Shown here: positions 63,168-64,000 of the stretch, in pieces
Layout: the number at the start of each line of letters is the position of its first letter
Numbering within the stretch: position 1 is the stretch's first letter
DNA from: Actinomycetes bacterium
GTDB taxonomy: Bacteria > Actinomycetota > Coriobacteriia > WRKU01 > WQUG01
Direction of reading: 5' to 3'
Length of the DNA stretch: 64,000 bases
Assembly (NCBI GenBank): GCA_031272275.1
Contig: JAISUC010000021.1
Span: 7,490-71,489, forward strand
Translations under genes and position numbers: made by a program
Notes under the pieces: model-generated
The model's database searches: none
Told to the model about the DNA's origin: nothing
What the model saw: the letters and a program-made list of their open reading frames with translations, nothing else

Positions 63168-63336
63168 CGTAGAGGCCGTTCTCTTTCAGGATGCGAATCT
63201 GATTTGAGGTCGCATGATGATTCCACATTTCAGAGTTATGATACTGGCTACGATAGCCATGCTGCGCACTTCTATAGATAGCCTTACGGTTATGATAGCC
63301 ATCGCTATAATCGGAATATGAGTTGCGCCTTGCCAT
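63103..63336 (-). CDS. 77-aa Tyr/His/Ser-rich small protein, first gene of the island operon
   Basis: Strong RBS GAGGAAGGG 8 nt upstream of ATG; unusual composition (12 Y, 7 H). Confidence 0.4.
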   Translation of the reverse strand: MARRNSYSDYSDGYHNRKAIYRSAQHGYRSQYHNSEMWNHHATSNQIRILKENGLYDGKYYSAGRAGEAIGRLRNER

Positions 63337-63403
63337 TTGGCATACCCCTTCCTCAACTACTGTTTCCGGTAATCCACCTCAAACCCGAAAATGTGCCAGC
63401 GCA

Positions 63404-63431
63404 AAAATAGCACAGGGGGGGGGGCTGTCAA
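63404..63431 (-). promoter_or_regulatory. Promoter of the island operon: TTGACA - G/C10 homopolymer in the 16-nt spacer - TATTTT
   Basis: Minus-strand TTGACAG-C10-TGTGC-TATTTT; the 10-nt homopolymer tract is at 63415-63424. Confidence 0.45.
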
Positions 63432-63670
63432 GGAGGCTTTTTTCAGTTGCAGATGGGGTACCGATTACGATGAAATCCGCAGTTCAAGCTGCCTCCGCAC
63501 GCCGTCCACCAAACAGAGCCACACTAAAGCGGGGGAGTACGTCCCGGCGTCTGCGTTGGGCTGCGCGCCTGCTGCCGGATGGGCGCTGCTGCGGGACGCA
63601 CTCCCCCCCCTGAAAACGTGGGATTCCGTGTTCAGTTAACTGCAAAATACGTGAAAGTAACTGTCAATAG

Positions 63671-63693
63671 TTTTGCGGTTACAAACCGCAAAA
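63671..63693. terminator. Perfect 10-bp hairpin TTTTGCGGTT-aca-AACCGCAAAA (bidirectional terminator-like) at the island edge
   Basis: Perfect inverted repeat flanked by A- and T-runs. Confidence 0.5.
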
Positions 63694-63720
63694 CAGACAG
63701 CAAAAACACCCGAATCTGCA

Positions 63721-63790
63721 AATCACCGAATGAATCGCCTGCAAACTATCGACTGAAACACCTGCAAATCATCGAACGCGCAGGTAAATC
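63721..63790. repeat. Three 23-nt iteron-like direct repeats (CTGCAAATCANCGAA...)
   Basis: CTGCAAATCACCGAAtgaatcgc / CTGCAAACTATCGACtgaaacac / CTGCAAATCATCGAAcgcgcagg. Confidence 0.55.
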
Positions 63791-64000
63791 ACTCACGCGT
63801 GCGGCGTGGGTACGTGTGGCCCGCTGCCTAACGTATCGCGCAGTATCCGCCAAAAGGCCGCACGATCGACGTCGCACGTAATATCCACATTGCCCTTCGC
63901 ATCATCGGGCGTGAATGCTGTTTGGCCATCTTGCGCCCCGACGCGGACCCGCCCACGCCTCAACGTGCACACCTCGGGGCAGAACACGTTGACGCCGACC

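Noticed and set aside
63793-63987. 64-aa minus-strand ORF at the window end
   Set aside because: No RBS or recognisable motif was found. The region regains high GC and may be the 3' end of a gene that continues beyond the window.

Overview
This 64 kb window is a high-GC (about 63%) chromosomal segment of a Gram-positive-type organism, probably Actinomycetota. The gene order ispD-ispF-cysE-cysS-rlmB-yacP and gcvT/gcvH/gcvPA/gcvPB-FHA-MerR resembles actinobacterial loci. Almost every gene is on the + strand. In order, the window holds: an MFS transporter, a TPR protein, clpC, an acyltransferase-3 membrane protein, an XRE-cupin regulator with an acyl-CoA ligase, an L,D-transpeptidase with a PASTA protein, ispDF-cysE-cysS-rlmB-NYN(YacP), an aldose epimerase, ROK-iorA-iorB-paaK (arylpyruvate to arylacetate), a large BTAD/winged-helix regulator, the glycine cleavage operon, FHA-MerR, apt, two aldolase-family genes, an HTH regulator divergent from an OmpR/HisKA two-component pair, and the str/S10/spc ribosomal protein cluster from rpsL to secY. 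There is no tuf after fusA, and the cluster stops at secY. It is followed by a fused eutB-eutC gene, a 1446-aa secreted papain-family peptidase carrying about 14 Listeria-Bacteroides-type repeats, and a roughly 3.6 kb low-GC island at 59999-63660. All island genes are on the minus strand. The island is the most likely candidate for the undescribed system. It encodes a canonical reverse transcriptase, a ComF-like PRTase with a zinc ribbon, a SLOG/DprA-like protein and two or three small ORFs. Its promoter carries a G/C10 homopolymer, and iteron-like repeats sit at its edge. The window also contains a strongly over-represented 14-18 nt motif, GGGGAG(T/C)ACGTCCC, in 11 copies; three of them sit inside coding linkers in three different reading frames. 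Further features are a REP-like palindromic repeat family, tandem hairpin-terminated units after clpC, leaderless genes with TGnTATAAT-type promoters, and a CIRCE-like operator before clpC. No rRNA, tRNA or CRISPR array was seen.
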